A stretch of DNA of 64,000 nucleotides, from assembly GCF_001194135.2 (NCBI RefSeq), contig NC_068986.1, positions 35,803,459 through 35,867,458 on the forward strand, written 5' to 3'. Shown here in pieces: positions 25,889-38,449 of the stretch (position 1 is its first letter; the number at the start of each line of letters is the position of its first letter). The DNA is from Octopus bimaculoides. Its lineage: Eukaryota. The position numbers were made by a program, and so were the translations under genes. The notes under the pieces were generated by a model. It was not told where the DNA came from. It was given only the letters and a program-made list of their open reading frames with translations, and ran no database searches.

Positions 25889-26895
25889 GAGAGAGAGAGA
25901 GAGAGAGAGAAATAGAGAGAGAGGGATAGAGAGAGTGAGAGAGAGAGTGAAATTAGGAGGAACTCGAAAATAGCTTCTACGAGAAAGTATTTAGGCATCC
26001 GTTAATCAGGTTAGATTACGGTGGTACTTGAGCAAGCCAGCAACAATCGTTCTTTCATTACATGTCCATGCGATATGTTTGCATAAATTAAACTTAAGAA
26101 TTTCAGGGACAGCAGTTACTAGATGGAGAGACAATTGGTTTGGTAGTGACAGATTACATATCAGTTTGTGTGGCTGCGTCAGGACCTAGTACATTCAGTA
26201 GGCAATAATCTGACATCGGGTGGTGGCAGAGTCTATATATATCCGGCGATAGTGCACTGGCCAGCTAGGGCTAAGTATGCTCGAATGATAGTTTCCGTAT
26301 ATCAATGTTTAATGACTTAAAGTCCATTAACACGTACACACACACACACTCGCACACACACACGCGCGCGCGGACACATGGCACACATGCAGTCATACAC
26401 ATGTCTGAACTGAAATATACTTTCTGCTGAGTCAGATGTCAGATCGCAGCGATCAACTGACGATCACCTTTTGAGAAAAAGTGGGAGCAGTATGGTGGCA
26501 TGCCCTATAATAACGCATCGCTGCTACCACTCTTTCTAGGGGATTCTTTATTGCTCCTGGTAGATGATGCCTTTGCACCACTCAGGTGACAACTCTCATG
26601 GGTCTCTTTTGGAGTAGTCGATCTTGGCGAGGGTTTACCGAGGCTGCATTGCAAATCCTGCCTCAACAACTTTTGCGACACGCGCCAGTCCCGGTACTAC
26701 TGTGTTAGAGCAACATGAAATGGAGTGTTTTACTCAAGAACACAATACACCGGCTGCTCCGGGATTCGAATCCTCGAGCTGGTGATAGCGAGAGTAACAT
26801 CCGAACCACAAGATCATGCACCTTAAGAAAAAGATTTTTATTTAGGTAAACGAGAAACTCTGCAGCATCATATATTGACTGCTCTCTTCCTCTAT

Positions 26896-26932
<37 letters not shown>

Positions 26933-28149
26933 CCGCACACTTGTACANNNNNNNNNNCCCCCCATAATATTTTTTCAGTCCGAACCTAAAGTAAAAGCCT
27001 GTCATACGTTGACTCTGGTAACAGAATCATGCAAGAAATCTTGTACCTATTGAAATCGATTGCATAATAGGTTATATAAGAATGTTCCAGAGATCCAGGA
27101 ATAATGTAGGAATATTTGAGCTTATTGAAAAGCTACGGACCAAAATGCAGGCGAATCAAAGCAAGGTCGTTCACGTAAACACACCACGGTGTTGCGGGTA
27201 ATTCATGAAACATTATGAGCTGGGTATAAAGAATAGAATTCCTTAGAAGATTCATATCAGCATCTCGGATGGAGAATTATAAATCTCTTTGACCATCAAG
27301 AAGCGTGGTTTAATTCATATACGTCGTAAATTACTCGATATTTTGTGTTAATATAGCTAATCCAGTATCAGTAGACACAATTTATGTGATGAAAGTGAAA
27401 TAGTATTGATTTTGTTTCTGCTCACCGACTTGTTAATAACATACATTGAAACTAGCGGATTTCAATGCATTTTACAATCAATCAACAGAAACCATAAATT
27501 GAAATCAGCCACACAGAAAACGATATTCTAAAGTTTTATTTTTCTTTATCTGGATTAAACGAGGAAAATATAGAGACTACCATCTTGTTCAGAATCTACA
27601 TAATTGCCGGAAGAAAAGGCGAAAGTTATCCTCGGACTTGAGGCCTTATCCAGATGCTTATCAAAGTGAGCACGCCACTAACGCCACCCCTATGACATAT
27701 GATGGTTTCAAACTGCCCGGTTTTACACCAGAGACATTATTAAACGGATGGTCTAAAAACGGATAAACCCTTAAATCAGTGAAACATTGGTATTTCAAAC
27801 ACAACATTATAGCCATATCGATGGAAGAAGCGTTGTAGTTATTATCTGTTCAGGCAACGTGTCTCCTTTATATGAGAGAATATAGAAAGATGAAGCTAGT
27901 AAAGTAATACGGTCTTTAAAAACTGGATGTAGAAAAGCGTAAAATAGAATGCAAGCTATTGAACTGAACATGGAATGTTGCCATACATACATTTTAGCTT
28001 GAATTACTAAGTGTAGCAGAAATGAAGTGAATGAATGTACGATGCAGAAAAATATGTTATAGAATGGTAATTAGAAAATATAAAATTCAATGGAGTGAAG
28101 TCTATATCATTTAAGCAACTGCATCTCTTCTTCATGTGTTTTGTTATTA

Positions 28150-28530
28150 GATTTTGTAGCAGTTATGTGTAGTAGTACACGCTTCAAGACAGGAAGATTT
28201 GTGGATTCGCAGCAACTGTCATATTGTATGGTGGATTGTATTACACGATTTCTTTCCTTTCGTTTTTATTTTTGGTTCATGAGGCATTTCATTTATTTCA
28301 ATTTTCATTGAAGCTGCTTCTTGGTAATATAGCTTTGCAATGGAAGGTTTTGGAAATATATTTTGTTTGGTGAAAGTTTTGATATTATTCTTCATATACT
28401 TAGCTTCAAATTTTGCTATGGTTGTCAGATGGCGGTTAGAGCATCTATCGATATATACTGCTTCTTTTTCTTACTTTTTGGGAGAGGTATTGTTTGTCTG
28501 TGCTCACGTCTATTTTTATGTCAAGGTAAT
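28150..28530 (-). mobile_element. Penelope-like retroelement remnant (RT thumb/linker), frameshifted
   Basis: Fragmentary translation YLDIKIDVST...AVYIDRCSNRH...YYQEA...IV*YNPPY resembles the PLE pattern FLDVTLDL...YIN..SNHPP...YYNEAL...IIWFNPPY. Confidence 0.6.
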
Positions 28531-28669
28531 TAATGAATCTTATCGTTATAGAGATTATCATATATCGCAAATAAATGGCTGGAGACAATGTATAAGTATA
28601 TTGCGTTTTGTGAATAAACAACTTTTCTTAATATCAACAGAGAAAAAGGCAGCGAGCAGCCTGAATCGT

Positions 28670-28860
28670 TAGCCTGCCGGATAAGATATTTAGTAGCATT
28701 TCGTCCGTCTTTGCGTTCTGAGCTCAAATTCCGCTGAGGCTGATTTTGCCTTCTATCCTCTCGAGGTCAATAAAATAAGTGCCGGTTGAATACTGGGGTT
28801 GATCTACTCGACGTACTTTCTTCTCCCGAAATTACTAGCCTTGTTCTAAAATTTGAAACC
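28670..28860 (+). mobile_element. SINE family B, diverged
   Basis: Degenerate head and ctgagctcaaattccgctgagg body motif. Confidence 0.7.
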
Positions 28861-30430
28861 AATCTCAACAGAGAGGGTCTAAAAAATGCTACCCTCCCAC
28901 CAGCATAGAGAGAAAAATGTCTCCTCAAACAATTCAAAAACGAAAGTGGTTAAAAATTAAAGTTCTATCCAAACTAATGTTATTCTGAATAATCAGCCCT
29001 TTAGATGTAAGCATCCATTACGTAAACATGTACCAATTATCAAAAACGTGAAAACAAATTAATTTACCCCAGAAAATATTCCAATAAACACAAAGATACA
29101 AAATCGCCATATCATAAAATCTGGTGGGGTCAATGAGAATAATGTATGGAGCATTGTGTAAAGACTTCGAGTAGAGCTAAACCCGTTATTCATTTACGTT
29201 CTCTGCTGAAATATTGTAATGGCGAATATATAGGGACTCAAGCACTCAAGGTTGACTATATATTTGCAAATACTTGTATTTTTACACTTCCTCGAATAAA
29301 CTCTGACAATATTATTTGAAGAAGTGTGGCAGTTGCTTACTCCTGCATTTCTGTCCACTCCCCGCCGCCGATGTTCATTCAGAACGAAGGTTGGTAACTT
29401 AGGTCGATGCAAATTGGCACTTGTGTCATTGTAGGAGTGGTGTGAAAACGCGGCGGAAAACAAATATATGACCCCTCAAGAAATGGCGTAATAAGCCAGA
29501 AATATTGAATACAATATTAGTCTACATTAATTCATATATATGTTTTCTTGTGATTTACCTTGCATTTATTCGCATGTGGAGTATCACTACTACCCATACA
29601 GCGAAGTAAATAAAGATTGAATGAACGTGTGCGCTGTAGATAATTATTCAGAATTGGCAAAACAAAAAAAAAAAGGAAACATCTGTTCATATCTAAGAAA
29701 ACATGAGAGATGCTTGCAGGGAAGCCAACACGTGTCGACTAACTGTATGTGTGACCAGAAAACATGATGAATATTTGTTTTGAATATCAATGACATATGC
29801 TAACGGGTAAAGCACATCACGGAAAACATATCATACAAACTATTTTTACTATTATGTAAATGACCAGTATAAGAATGACAAAACGATAAGTAAGTATTAC
29901 GGGCAAGAGAGAAAAGATAATGGGAAAGAAAGTGGGACAGAAAGAGAAAAAGGAATGAGAGGGAGAGAGAGAGAGGGGGAGAGAGTGACAGACAGACAGA
30001 CAGAGGGAGGGAGAGAGTGGGGGTAAATGAGGGGAAATAAGGAAGGGGTGGATTGAAAAATCTATGAGATTGGAAACAAATATTCAAATAAAGACAGAAT
30101 TTATTTGTACACAGGCACTAGGTCACCATCTTGGTGTAAGGATACAGACGATAATATCGATTAAATGGAATCTTAGTGGTTAGCTGGTATTTTGTTGTAT
30201 TGATCTCAGAAAGGTGAAAAACAAGTGTTTGAAGAAAATGCTACTGATAAAAAATTTAACTTTGTCGAATAATAATATTTAATTTTTTCTTATAATAACT
30301 AGTTTTGACTAATGCCTAGTTTTGAGTGATAGGAGGCATTATTACATGTCTTCTACTTTACACTGTAAGGGTACACGCGATTTCCTCAGACTATTCATTT
30401 TCTTCTCTCCGAACTGTTCCATGTTCCCTC

Positions 30431-30464
30431 TTTCTGACGAAGAGCCATGCTCGAAACGTCACAC
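30431..30464 (+). ncRNA. Minimal type I hammerhead ribozyme motif (Penelope-type), stem I disrupted
   Basis: CTGACGA-a-gagc(cat)gctc-GAAA-CG-TC: canonical core, palindromic ACGT stem III and GUC site. Stem I has only 1 bp next to the core. Confidence 0.6.
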
Positions 30465-30844
30465 ACAACATTTTTTATTCGATCATAAACTTTCTCTGAG
30501 CATCAATCTAATGCATTCACTGTGTACATTATTCTGATTTTTTTGTTGTTACCCCGCTTTTGGTTTTATGTTTGATTTGCCTAAATATATATATAAGAAT
30601 CCAAATTGATTGCAACTGAAGCTGGAAGATCAGCATTGTTAGACTATATTCTGTATGGGTGGCCGGGGTTAATTACTCTCCCTCGTGTGTAGGATAGAGA
30701 AAACTAGGGTGTTACACCAGGTTCGTCAGCTGACAGTGGCTTGAAGTTCATTGAAGGGGTGTACATCTGATAGCAACAATAAAATAGTTAATTCTTCCTG
30801 TTGAAAGATACAGCAAATTCATAGAATACGATAGTTTTTCGCAG

Positions 30845-30991
30845 AGAAGAGACAGATTTGGCAATTGCGAGTTCAGAGTAAGTCTCCAGATGAGGTGGGG
30901 CAGGTAGATGGAGTTTCCCCTAAACCTGTACGTGAAGGAGTGCTCTGTTTAGATAAAGGTTACTCATTCTCTCGCAAAGAAAATGCTGACA
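30845..30991 (+). CDS. Candidate 147-nt phase 1-1 exon with an in-frame alternative donor after 30877
   Basis: gtttttcgcag| acceptor. Donors AGA|GTAAGT (30878) and ACA|GTGAGT (30992). Open frame KRQIWQLRVQSKSPDEVGQVDGVSPKPVREGVLCLDKGYSFSRKENAD. Confidence 0.45.
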
Positions 30992-31205
30992 GTGAGTTTA
31001 AAGCTCCGTGGAGAGCGAAAATTCGAAGTCACTGTCAACATTACTCTTTGCCGAAATAAATTGCACAATCTATATCTTTGTATTAAGTACTCCTTCATGC
31101 AATATATAAAAGCCACTATGTATGGTAATATAAAATATACACGGTTATACATCTATATATGTGTGTTTAGTGCATGTTTGTGTGCTGTTGCTAATATTTT
31201 TGTGG

Positions 31206-31272
<67 letters not shown>

Positions 31273-32114
31273 TGTGTGTGTTANNNNNNNNNNNNNNNNN
31301 NNNNNNNNNNNNNNNNNNNNNNNNNNNNNNNNNNNNNNNNNNNNNNNNNNNNNNNNNNNNNNNNNNNNNNNNNNNNNNNNNNNNNNNNNNNNNNNNNNNN
31401 NNNNNNNNNNNNNNNNNNNNNNNNNNNNNNNNNNNNNNNNNNNNNNNNNNNNNNNNNNNNNNNNNNNNNNNNNNNNNNNNNNNNNNNNNNNNNNNNNNNN
31501 NNNNNNNNNNNNNNNNNNNNNNNNNNNNNNNNNNNNNNNNNNNNNNNNNNNNNNNNNNNNNNNNNNNNNNNNNNNNNNNNNNNNNNNNNNNNNNNNNNNN
31601 NNNNNNNNNNNNNNNNNNNNNNNNNNNNNNNNNNNNNNNNNNNNNNNNNNNNNNNNNNNNNNNNNNNNNNNNNNNNNNNNNNNNNNNNNNNNNNNNNNNN
31701 NNNNNNNNNNNNNNNNNNNNNNNNNNNNNNNNNNNNNNNNNNNNNNNNNNNNNNNNNNNNNNNNNNNNNNNNNNNNNNNNNNNNNNNNNNNNNNNNNNNN
31801 NNNNNNNNNNNNNNNNNNNNNNNNNNNNNNNNNNNNNNNNNNNNNNNNNNNNNNNNNNNNNNNNNNNNNNNNNNNNNNNNNNNNNNNNNNNNNNNNNNNN
31901 NNNNNNNNNNNNNNNNNNNNNNNNNNNNNNNNNNNNNNNNNNNNNNNNNNNNNNNNNNNNNNNNNNNNNNNNNNNNNNNNNNNNNNNNNNNNNNNNNNNN
32001 NNNNNNNNNNNNNNNNNNNNNNNNNNNNNNNNNNNNNNNNNNNNNNNNNNNNNNNNNNNNNNNNNNNNNNNNNNNNNNNNNNNNNNNNNNNNNNNNNNNN
32101 NNNNNNNNNNNNNN

Positions 32115-32183
<69 letters not shown>

Positions 32184-32515
32184 TGTGTGTGTTAGATAGA
32201 TAGAGAGAGAAGGGGGGAAGAGATTAATTCGCATAAGAAGTTTCTAAAAGTTGTTTCTTGTTTCACAAAATCAAACTTAATATAAGAAATACGAGTGATA
32301 TATAAATCAAGATAATGAAGAAAGAAAGATAATGAACAAAGAGACCGCGTAAAATAAAATCGATAAAAGAAAAAATAAAGAAAAAATGCATGCGTGTGTG
32401 TATGAAAGTAGGTGTGTCAAGTGAATAAAAGACATGAATGAAGATTAAATAAATTAAATTGTGACGTACTGAATGTCGCACATAAATTCTTAATTAATTG
32501 AAATTTACCTCTTAG

Positions 32516-32552
32516 TTGAAGAATGACTACAAAGACCCTGCGGCAATTGTTA
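32516..32552 (+). CDS. Candidate 37-nt exon
   Basis: tttacctcttag| acceptor and TTA|GTGAGT donor. Single open frame LKNDYKDPAAIV. Confidence 0.3.
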
Positions 32553-33409
32553 GTGAGTTTGAAAGATAAGGGTAGATAACTCAAATAAATAAAGAAATAA
32601 TTATTCAAAGTTAGTTTACATGCTGAGGCGAATGACGGTTCGATCCTTGTTTTCTCTACTGTGTGCCATTGTATCGAACTATTAGATCTCTCTACATGAC
32701 TCAATGTGAATGATCACTAAACAAAACATTTCTCATTATATAAAAAAATGACAAATAATTTTCGATTTGTATAATTTACATAGTTTAGGAAATAATATGT
32801 AATAAGTAGAATAACTCAAATGTGCCGATAGTACGACATGTACGTTGAGTGCATACTTACTTATGCAGAAAGAGTGTGAATCAGAAGTGAAATAAATTAA
32901 AAGTATAAAAAAGCTACAAAATGCATTAAATAATAATATAAATACATTCCTTCAATACTTATTGATGTGCAGAAAAAGAATGGTGGTGAATTCTTCTCAG
33001 GGACCGTTTCACAATATCTTCACCCCTCCTCAACGAACATGCACTCATCTTGCTTTCCCAATTAATCAACTGCGTAAAAAGCAGCCATGCATTAGACTGA
33101 AATGATTAGTGGCTAGCTTAATCTGTATATTTATGCTCTTGAAGGTTCTTCATTAAATAAATCAATATCTATTTATGCACCAAACGATGTAAATTAGAAC
33201 TAAAGTAGTTTTCTGTTTTTGAAATGTTCGATCCTTAATTTTTTCTTTCACAATCGTTAACAGTTATCGCAATATGTATATATCTCTTCTTCAGCTAAGA
33301 AAGAAGTTTAAGTTAAGTATCTCCTGCTTACATTCACGCCTTTGGCCTATATTCACGCCTTTTGCACTTCATTTACCTCATTACCTCGTAATTACTTTTA
33401 GCTACGTAC

Positions 33410-33670
33410 GAAAATCGACAAAACTCCTTGTAAGACCAAAGATGACCTGAAGGCAAGGATTACGGTAGCATTCACCAACTTAAACAAGGTGACCATCCAG
33501 AAGAGATGCAGGAGGTTCCGAATTCGTCTGGAGGCCGTGGTTGAAGCCAATAGTGATTTTATTGAATAAATTTACTCTTTAATGTTTCAAGGTATTTTTA
33601 TGTAATTTTGGTAAATATATCTGTTAAAATGAAAAGTCATTGTTATTTTCATTTTTCCGTAACTTAGACG
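33410..33670 (+). mobile_element. 3' part of the same maT/DD37D-like family
   Basis: KTKDDLKARITVAFTNLNKVTIQKRCRRFRIRLEAVVEANSDFIE*, with a 3' UTR nearly identical to 51690-51820. Confidence 0.8.
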
Positions 33671-34077
33671 ACAATATATTCACCGCATGCATATATATGC
33701 ATATACATATATATACCTGCTTACATATATATGCATATATGGATATATATATATATATATGCATATGCATATATGTATATATATGCATACGTGTATGTAT
33801 ATGTATTTTATACGTGTGTATAAATATATTTCCAAACGTATATATGTATAAAGATAGACAGATAGATAGATATATAGATAAATAAATAAATAAAGAGAAA
33901 AAATGCGATTGAGAAAGAGGGTGGAAGAAGCATGATAAAGGGGTATTAGGGATGTGGAAATGAAGGTTTCATATAGGAAGGAACAGAATATTGAGAAATG
34001 TGTTTAAAGAATCGACAAACATTGAATGACGGAAAATACATGATAACGTATCAGACAATGGAAGAAAAGAGATTTTA

Positions 34078-34145
<68 letters not shown>

Positions 34146-34333
34146 CATGTATAATATATAAAGATCTATTTGCATGTGTCTATGTGACTGAGAGAGAGAG
34201 AGAGAGAGAGAGTGTGTGTGTGTGTATGTGTGCATGTGTGAGAGAAGAGACAAACAGAGAGAACCAAAGAGAATGTGCGTAATATATTATAGAGGATGAT
34301 TGATGTTTCTTAAATTAGAGTACATCTACTTAC

Positions 34334-34384
34334 TTCAATGGATGAGAGCTGACCTGGTTCCCAGACCGAGTCTAATCTCTCAAG
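34334..34384 (-). CDS. Candidate 51-nt phase 0-0 exon; an overlapping plus-strand reading (34319-34390) is also open
   Basis: gtacctacag| acceptor and GAA|GTAAGT donor. LERLDSVWEPGQLSSIE. Confidence 0.3.
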
Positions 34385-34761
34385 CTGTAGGTACATCAGG
34401 GCGTAATCAAACGTATGTTCAATATGCTTTCGACAAAAGGCCGCCCAATAGCTGCAAGCAGAATGAAATATGAAATTACAATGGAATTACATCAAAAATA
34501 CTCGATCAATAAATTCAGTAAAGGACTAATTGTCATTATTGATGTGGTTGTTCTTATTGTTATTATTATTGACCTTGTCTTTATCATCCTCGTTAATTAT
34601 AGCAATAAATTGATAATTAATATGCATAACGATAACTATTCCCTTATTTGTAATATGGACATTATACGATATTGGAGTAAAATAATAGGGTAAAATACTG
34701 GTAAACAACTATTCAGAGTAGTAATAAGGTGGGGGTTGATGCTAATAAAAACAACAACAAC

Positions 34762-34793
<32 letters not shown>

Positions 34794-34847
34794 TGCGGGT
34801 TATAGTAATCAAGTATAATCTTTAACATCAGCAGAAGCCTATTGTTG

Positions 34848-34850
<3 letters not shown>

Positions 34851-34933
<83 letters not shown>

Positions 34934-35194
34934 TAGTTTTATTTTTATAACGTGCTTTCACTTCATTACCGAGCGCAGCTCTGTGCGCCTTGGGTATGTG
35001 CTGTGGTTTGCTGTGGTGCTCTTATGTTTACTGTATTGAAAGTGTTTTGCGTAGAATGTGTGCAGTACCCAGTAGTGCAATTTTCTGTATGTTATACATA
35101 TTTGTAAGTCCTGGTGTTTTTGTTATGTATTTGTCTGAATATTTTTTTATTATACCTAAGGCACCTACTATGATAGGAATTGTTTCTGTTTTTA
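34851..35194 (-). mobile_element. 3' end of an R4/Dong-like (RLE-endonuclease) non-LTR retrotransposon with a (TAA)n tail
   Basis: KTETIPIIVGALGIIKKYSDKYITKTPGLTNMYNIQKIALLGTAHILRKTLSIQ* matches the typical RLE C-terminus (P.V.GALG...LQK.ALLGTA.ILR). Short 3' UTR and (aat)n tail follow. The 5' part lies in the gap. Confidence 0.8.
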
Positions 35195-35457
35195 NNNNNN
35201 NNNNNNNNNNNNNNNNNNNNNNNNNNNNNNNNNNNNNNNNNNNNNNNNNNNNNNNNNNNNNNNNNNNNNNNNNNNNNNNNNNNNNNNNNNNNNNNNNNNN
35301 NNNNNNNNNNNNNNNNNNNNNNNNNNNNNNNNNNNNNNNNNNNNNNNNNNNNNNNNNNNNNNNNNNNNNNNNNNNNNNNNNNNNNNNNNNNNNNNNNNNN
35401 NNNNNNNNNNNNNNNNNNNNNNNNNNNNNNNNNNNNNNNNNNNNNNNCCTATTGTTG

Positions 35458-35530
<73 letters not shown>

Positions 35531-35534
35531 CATT

Positions 35535-35880
35535 AAGGCGGCAAGCTGGCAGAATCGTTACCACGCTGGGAAAAATGCGTGAAATACTGGGATCGATGTG
35601 ACCCCAGTATTTCCCAGAAAATTAATCCCGCCAAATTTCAGGTCTTGTGCCTTTAGTAGAAATGATTATTATACTTATTAAGGCGGCGAGCTGGCAGAAT
35701 CGTTAGCATGCCGGGCGAAATGCTTAGAGGTATTTCGTCTTCTGTTTCGTTCTGCGTTCAAATTCCGCCGAGGTTAACTTTGCATTTCATCCTTTCGGGG
35801 TCGATGAAATAAGTACAAGTTACGCGCTGGAATCGATGTAATCGATTATCCCCCTTTCCCCCAAAGTTTCAAGGCCTACA
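35535..35880 (+). mobile_element. SINE family B, a partial copy plus a full copy
   Basis: aggcggc(a/g)agctggcagaatcgtta heads at ~35536 and ~35680, with body motifs shared with the other family B copies. Confidence 0.85.
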
Positions 35881-35889
35881 GTATTATCC

Positions 35890-35921
<32 letters not shown>

Positions 35922-36290
35922 TGCTATCGTAATAACAAGAAGAACACTGACTATACCAGTAACCATAGTAATAATCATTGATTTATTCAAAAGTAGTAGA
36001 AAACGAAAAGAAAAGTAAAGTAACACAAGTATGAAAGAGCAGAGGTTTGATTGAGTTAAAAATTGTAAATGGAGTGATTAAGTTTAATGAAGCAAATTAT
36101 GTTCTCGTGTAATTTTCTTACAATTTTATCAATACATGTTATTGGCGGATCATTGAAGGGCGGATGATGGGTCTGCTGTTTGACTTGTAAAGTATGAGAG
36201 AACTTGGTTTTCTAGGATGCTCTAAAATTGATTAAAATCGATTAGAACTGATTACATGCTATACATATGTCGCATATTTGTAATTTTAAC

Positions 36291-36330
<40 letters not shown>

Positions 36331-36494
36331 ATTCGTTCGCTCTATCTTAACGCACGGTCCAAAACCTCTTGAGAGGGCAACAAGTCGAATTGTATATTTG
36401 TTATTTGTTTTTTTTCTTTTAACGATAGATAGGAAGAATTTGTGACATTCATAAGATAATGCGATTCCGATTGTGAATCGAAATCAAGTATAAG

Positions 36495-36790
36495 AATGAC
36501 TTTGTCAAGAGCGTGCATAGCCCAGTGGCTTTCATGAGGAAGTGTGTTTGTTTCGAGGACAGAGCTGTGTGTTGCGTTCTCGAGTTCATTCAGCTGTAGA
36601 AAAGAGTTGCAACGTCAGTGGTGCGAAGCTGTATCGGCCTTTGCTTTTCCCTTCGATAGCGTCAGTGGCATGGAGAGGGGACGCTGGTATGAATTGGGCG
36701 TCTGCTAGTCTTTCCTAAACAACCTTGCCCTCATTTGTACCTCGGAGGGGAAACTTCTAGGTGCAATCAAATGGGTATTCAGGAATGGAG
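36495..36790 (+). mobile_element. SINE family E
   Basis: GC-rich island with a degenerate tRNA-like head and a body (cattcagctgtagaaa...aagctgtatcggcc...aaacaaccttgccc) that I recall as an abundant octopus repeat. Single copy in this window. Confidence 0.6.
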
Positions 36791-37902
36791 GGCTTCTTAT
36801 AAACAGACAGAAATATACTGTTAGTAATTGTAATCTATTCCTACTTCCACCCGCCCATCTCTCTCTCTATATGTATATATTTTTGTGTAGGTGTGTATGT
36901 ATGTGTATGTGTATGTATGTGTATGTGCATGTATGTGTGTATGCATATGTGTGAGCGTGCGCTCTCGTGTGTGTGTGTATGAAAGAGCCAGCCCACAGAA
37001 AGCGTGATTGGTGTTTTGAAATTTTATATAACAAACTCGTATTTCCGCAAGCTGACTGACGACACTGTTGTTGCGAAAGCTGATTTGTCTGCTTCATCGG
37101 TATTGTCCCAAATCATCACTGCGTGATGTAGCGCAGTGGGGCCCATATAATGTTGTAGTCTTCTGAATGAATACACTTTAAGTGTTAAATGACAGCACAT
37201 TTCTGATCCCTTGCAATGTCATATATTGCTTTAAGTAACATTTTTGGATAATTTACTCTTGTAAGTGTGGAAGCTAACAAGCATAACAAGCACAGAGGTT
37301 TCAAGAAACGGTCGTACACGAGTTTTGTAGAAATCTGAAGGTGGTGAGTTCGGTACACAATATACATGCTTGTGTGTATGTGGCCACAGCGCGGATATAT
37401 GTGGGACTGTATATGTACATATGTAGATATATATTTTGTTATGCGTTCTTTTAAGGCTTGTGTGACTGCACAGGCACACATGTATGCGTGCATACATGTG
37501 AATATCTATGCACATGTGTGTGTGTTTGTGCGCAAAATACACGTGTAAATGTATATGTATTTTTGTATGTATGTATGCTTGTATATATTTATACGTGTGG
37601 CCGAGCGCCCTATCAGACATATTTACAAAGACAATAAATAAATGCCATGTCTACCAAACCGGAACTCGTTAGAGCTAAATGCCATTAAAACGTCAAGACA
37701 GACATGTCTAATGTCCTACTCACATTCTTCGATATATGCCGGTGACTGCCATTGTTACACCGATTACTAAGATGACCAAAAGCCCTTCTACCTCATTTCC
37801 TTCATATTTTGCAATTCGATACACACACACAAAGACGAAGACAGGTGGTGTAGAAAACAAACAAACAGATGTATTAGTATGACGCTCGGGAAGTGAAAAA
37901 GT

Positions 37903-37938
37903 CTTTAACGTTTCGAGCCTACGCTCTTCCACAGAAAG
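37903..37938 (-). ncRNA. Minimal type I hammerhead-like motif with a variant core, within a Penelope-like repeat (37830-37990)
   Basis: Minus strand: CTTT-CTGTGGA-A-GAGC(GTAG)GCTC-GAAA-CG-TT-AAAG. Stems I and II are intact; the core has A6U. Confidence 0.55.
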
Positions 37939-38007
37939 CAACACAGAAAGAAACAAGGAGAGAAAAAAAAATAGAATGTGTAGTGGCTAGCGATCTATCA
38001 TGGCGAA

Positions 38008-38053
<46 letters not shown>

Positions 38054-38054
38054 G

Positions 38055-38270
38055 GAGTAGTATGGCCTAGTAGTTAGGGTGTTGCTCCACGATTGCGAGA
38101 TCGTGGGTTCGATTCTCAGACCGGGTTTTGTGTTGTGTTCTTGAGAAAATTACTTCATTTCACGTTGCTCTGCGATCATTTCGTCATCTGACATGTGGTA
38201 CATGGTGCACCTGTGCAGGTAATGTCGATTTGATGGAGGGAGTGAGCTTATGTGTGCATTTGATCACTTT
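38055..38270 (+). mobile_element. tRNA-derived SINE, family D
   Basis: tatggcctagtagttagggtg A box, gggttcgattctc B box, then gttcttgagaaaattacttcatttcacgttgctc. Reverse-strand relatives at 23830-24090 and 26700-26822. Confidence 0.8.
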
Positions 38271-38323
38271 ATTCTTATGATCCTCATATTCTTATTATCT
38301 TGTCGACCTCTGTTCTGCCATAC

Positions 38324-38449
38324 CATCTTCCATGCCCATAATAAGTATGACTATTGTACATGAGGGCATGCAACAATCCTCATATTGTACTTTTGTTGCA
38401 TATACCAAAGAAACGAACCAACCGGTTTGCGCAGCAGGGCCATAGATTC
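38324..38449 (-). CDS. Candidate 126-nt phase 1-1 exon
   Basis: tttgtgcttttgcag| acceptor and ATG|GTATGG donor. One open frame, but the peptide is unrecognised. Confidence 0.25.

Noticed and set aside
31210-32192. Apparent direct repeat flanking the 31284-32114 gap
   Set aside because: The same microsatellite junction appears on both sides of the gap, most likely overlapping contig ends rather than biology.
37040-37164. Ankyrin-like GPTALHHAV on the minus strand
   Set aside because: The downstream residues do not follow the ankyrin pattern and there is no good donor.
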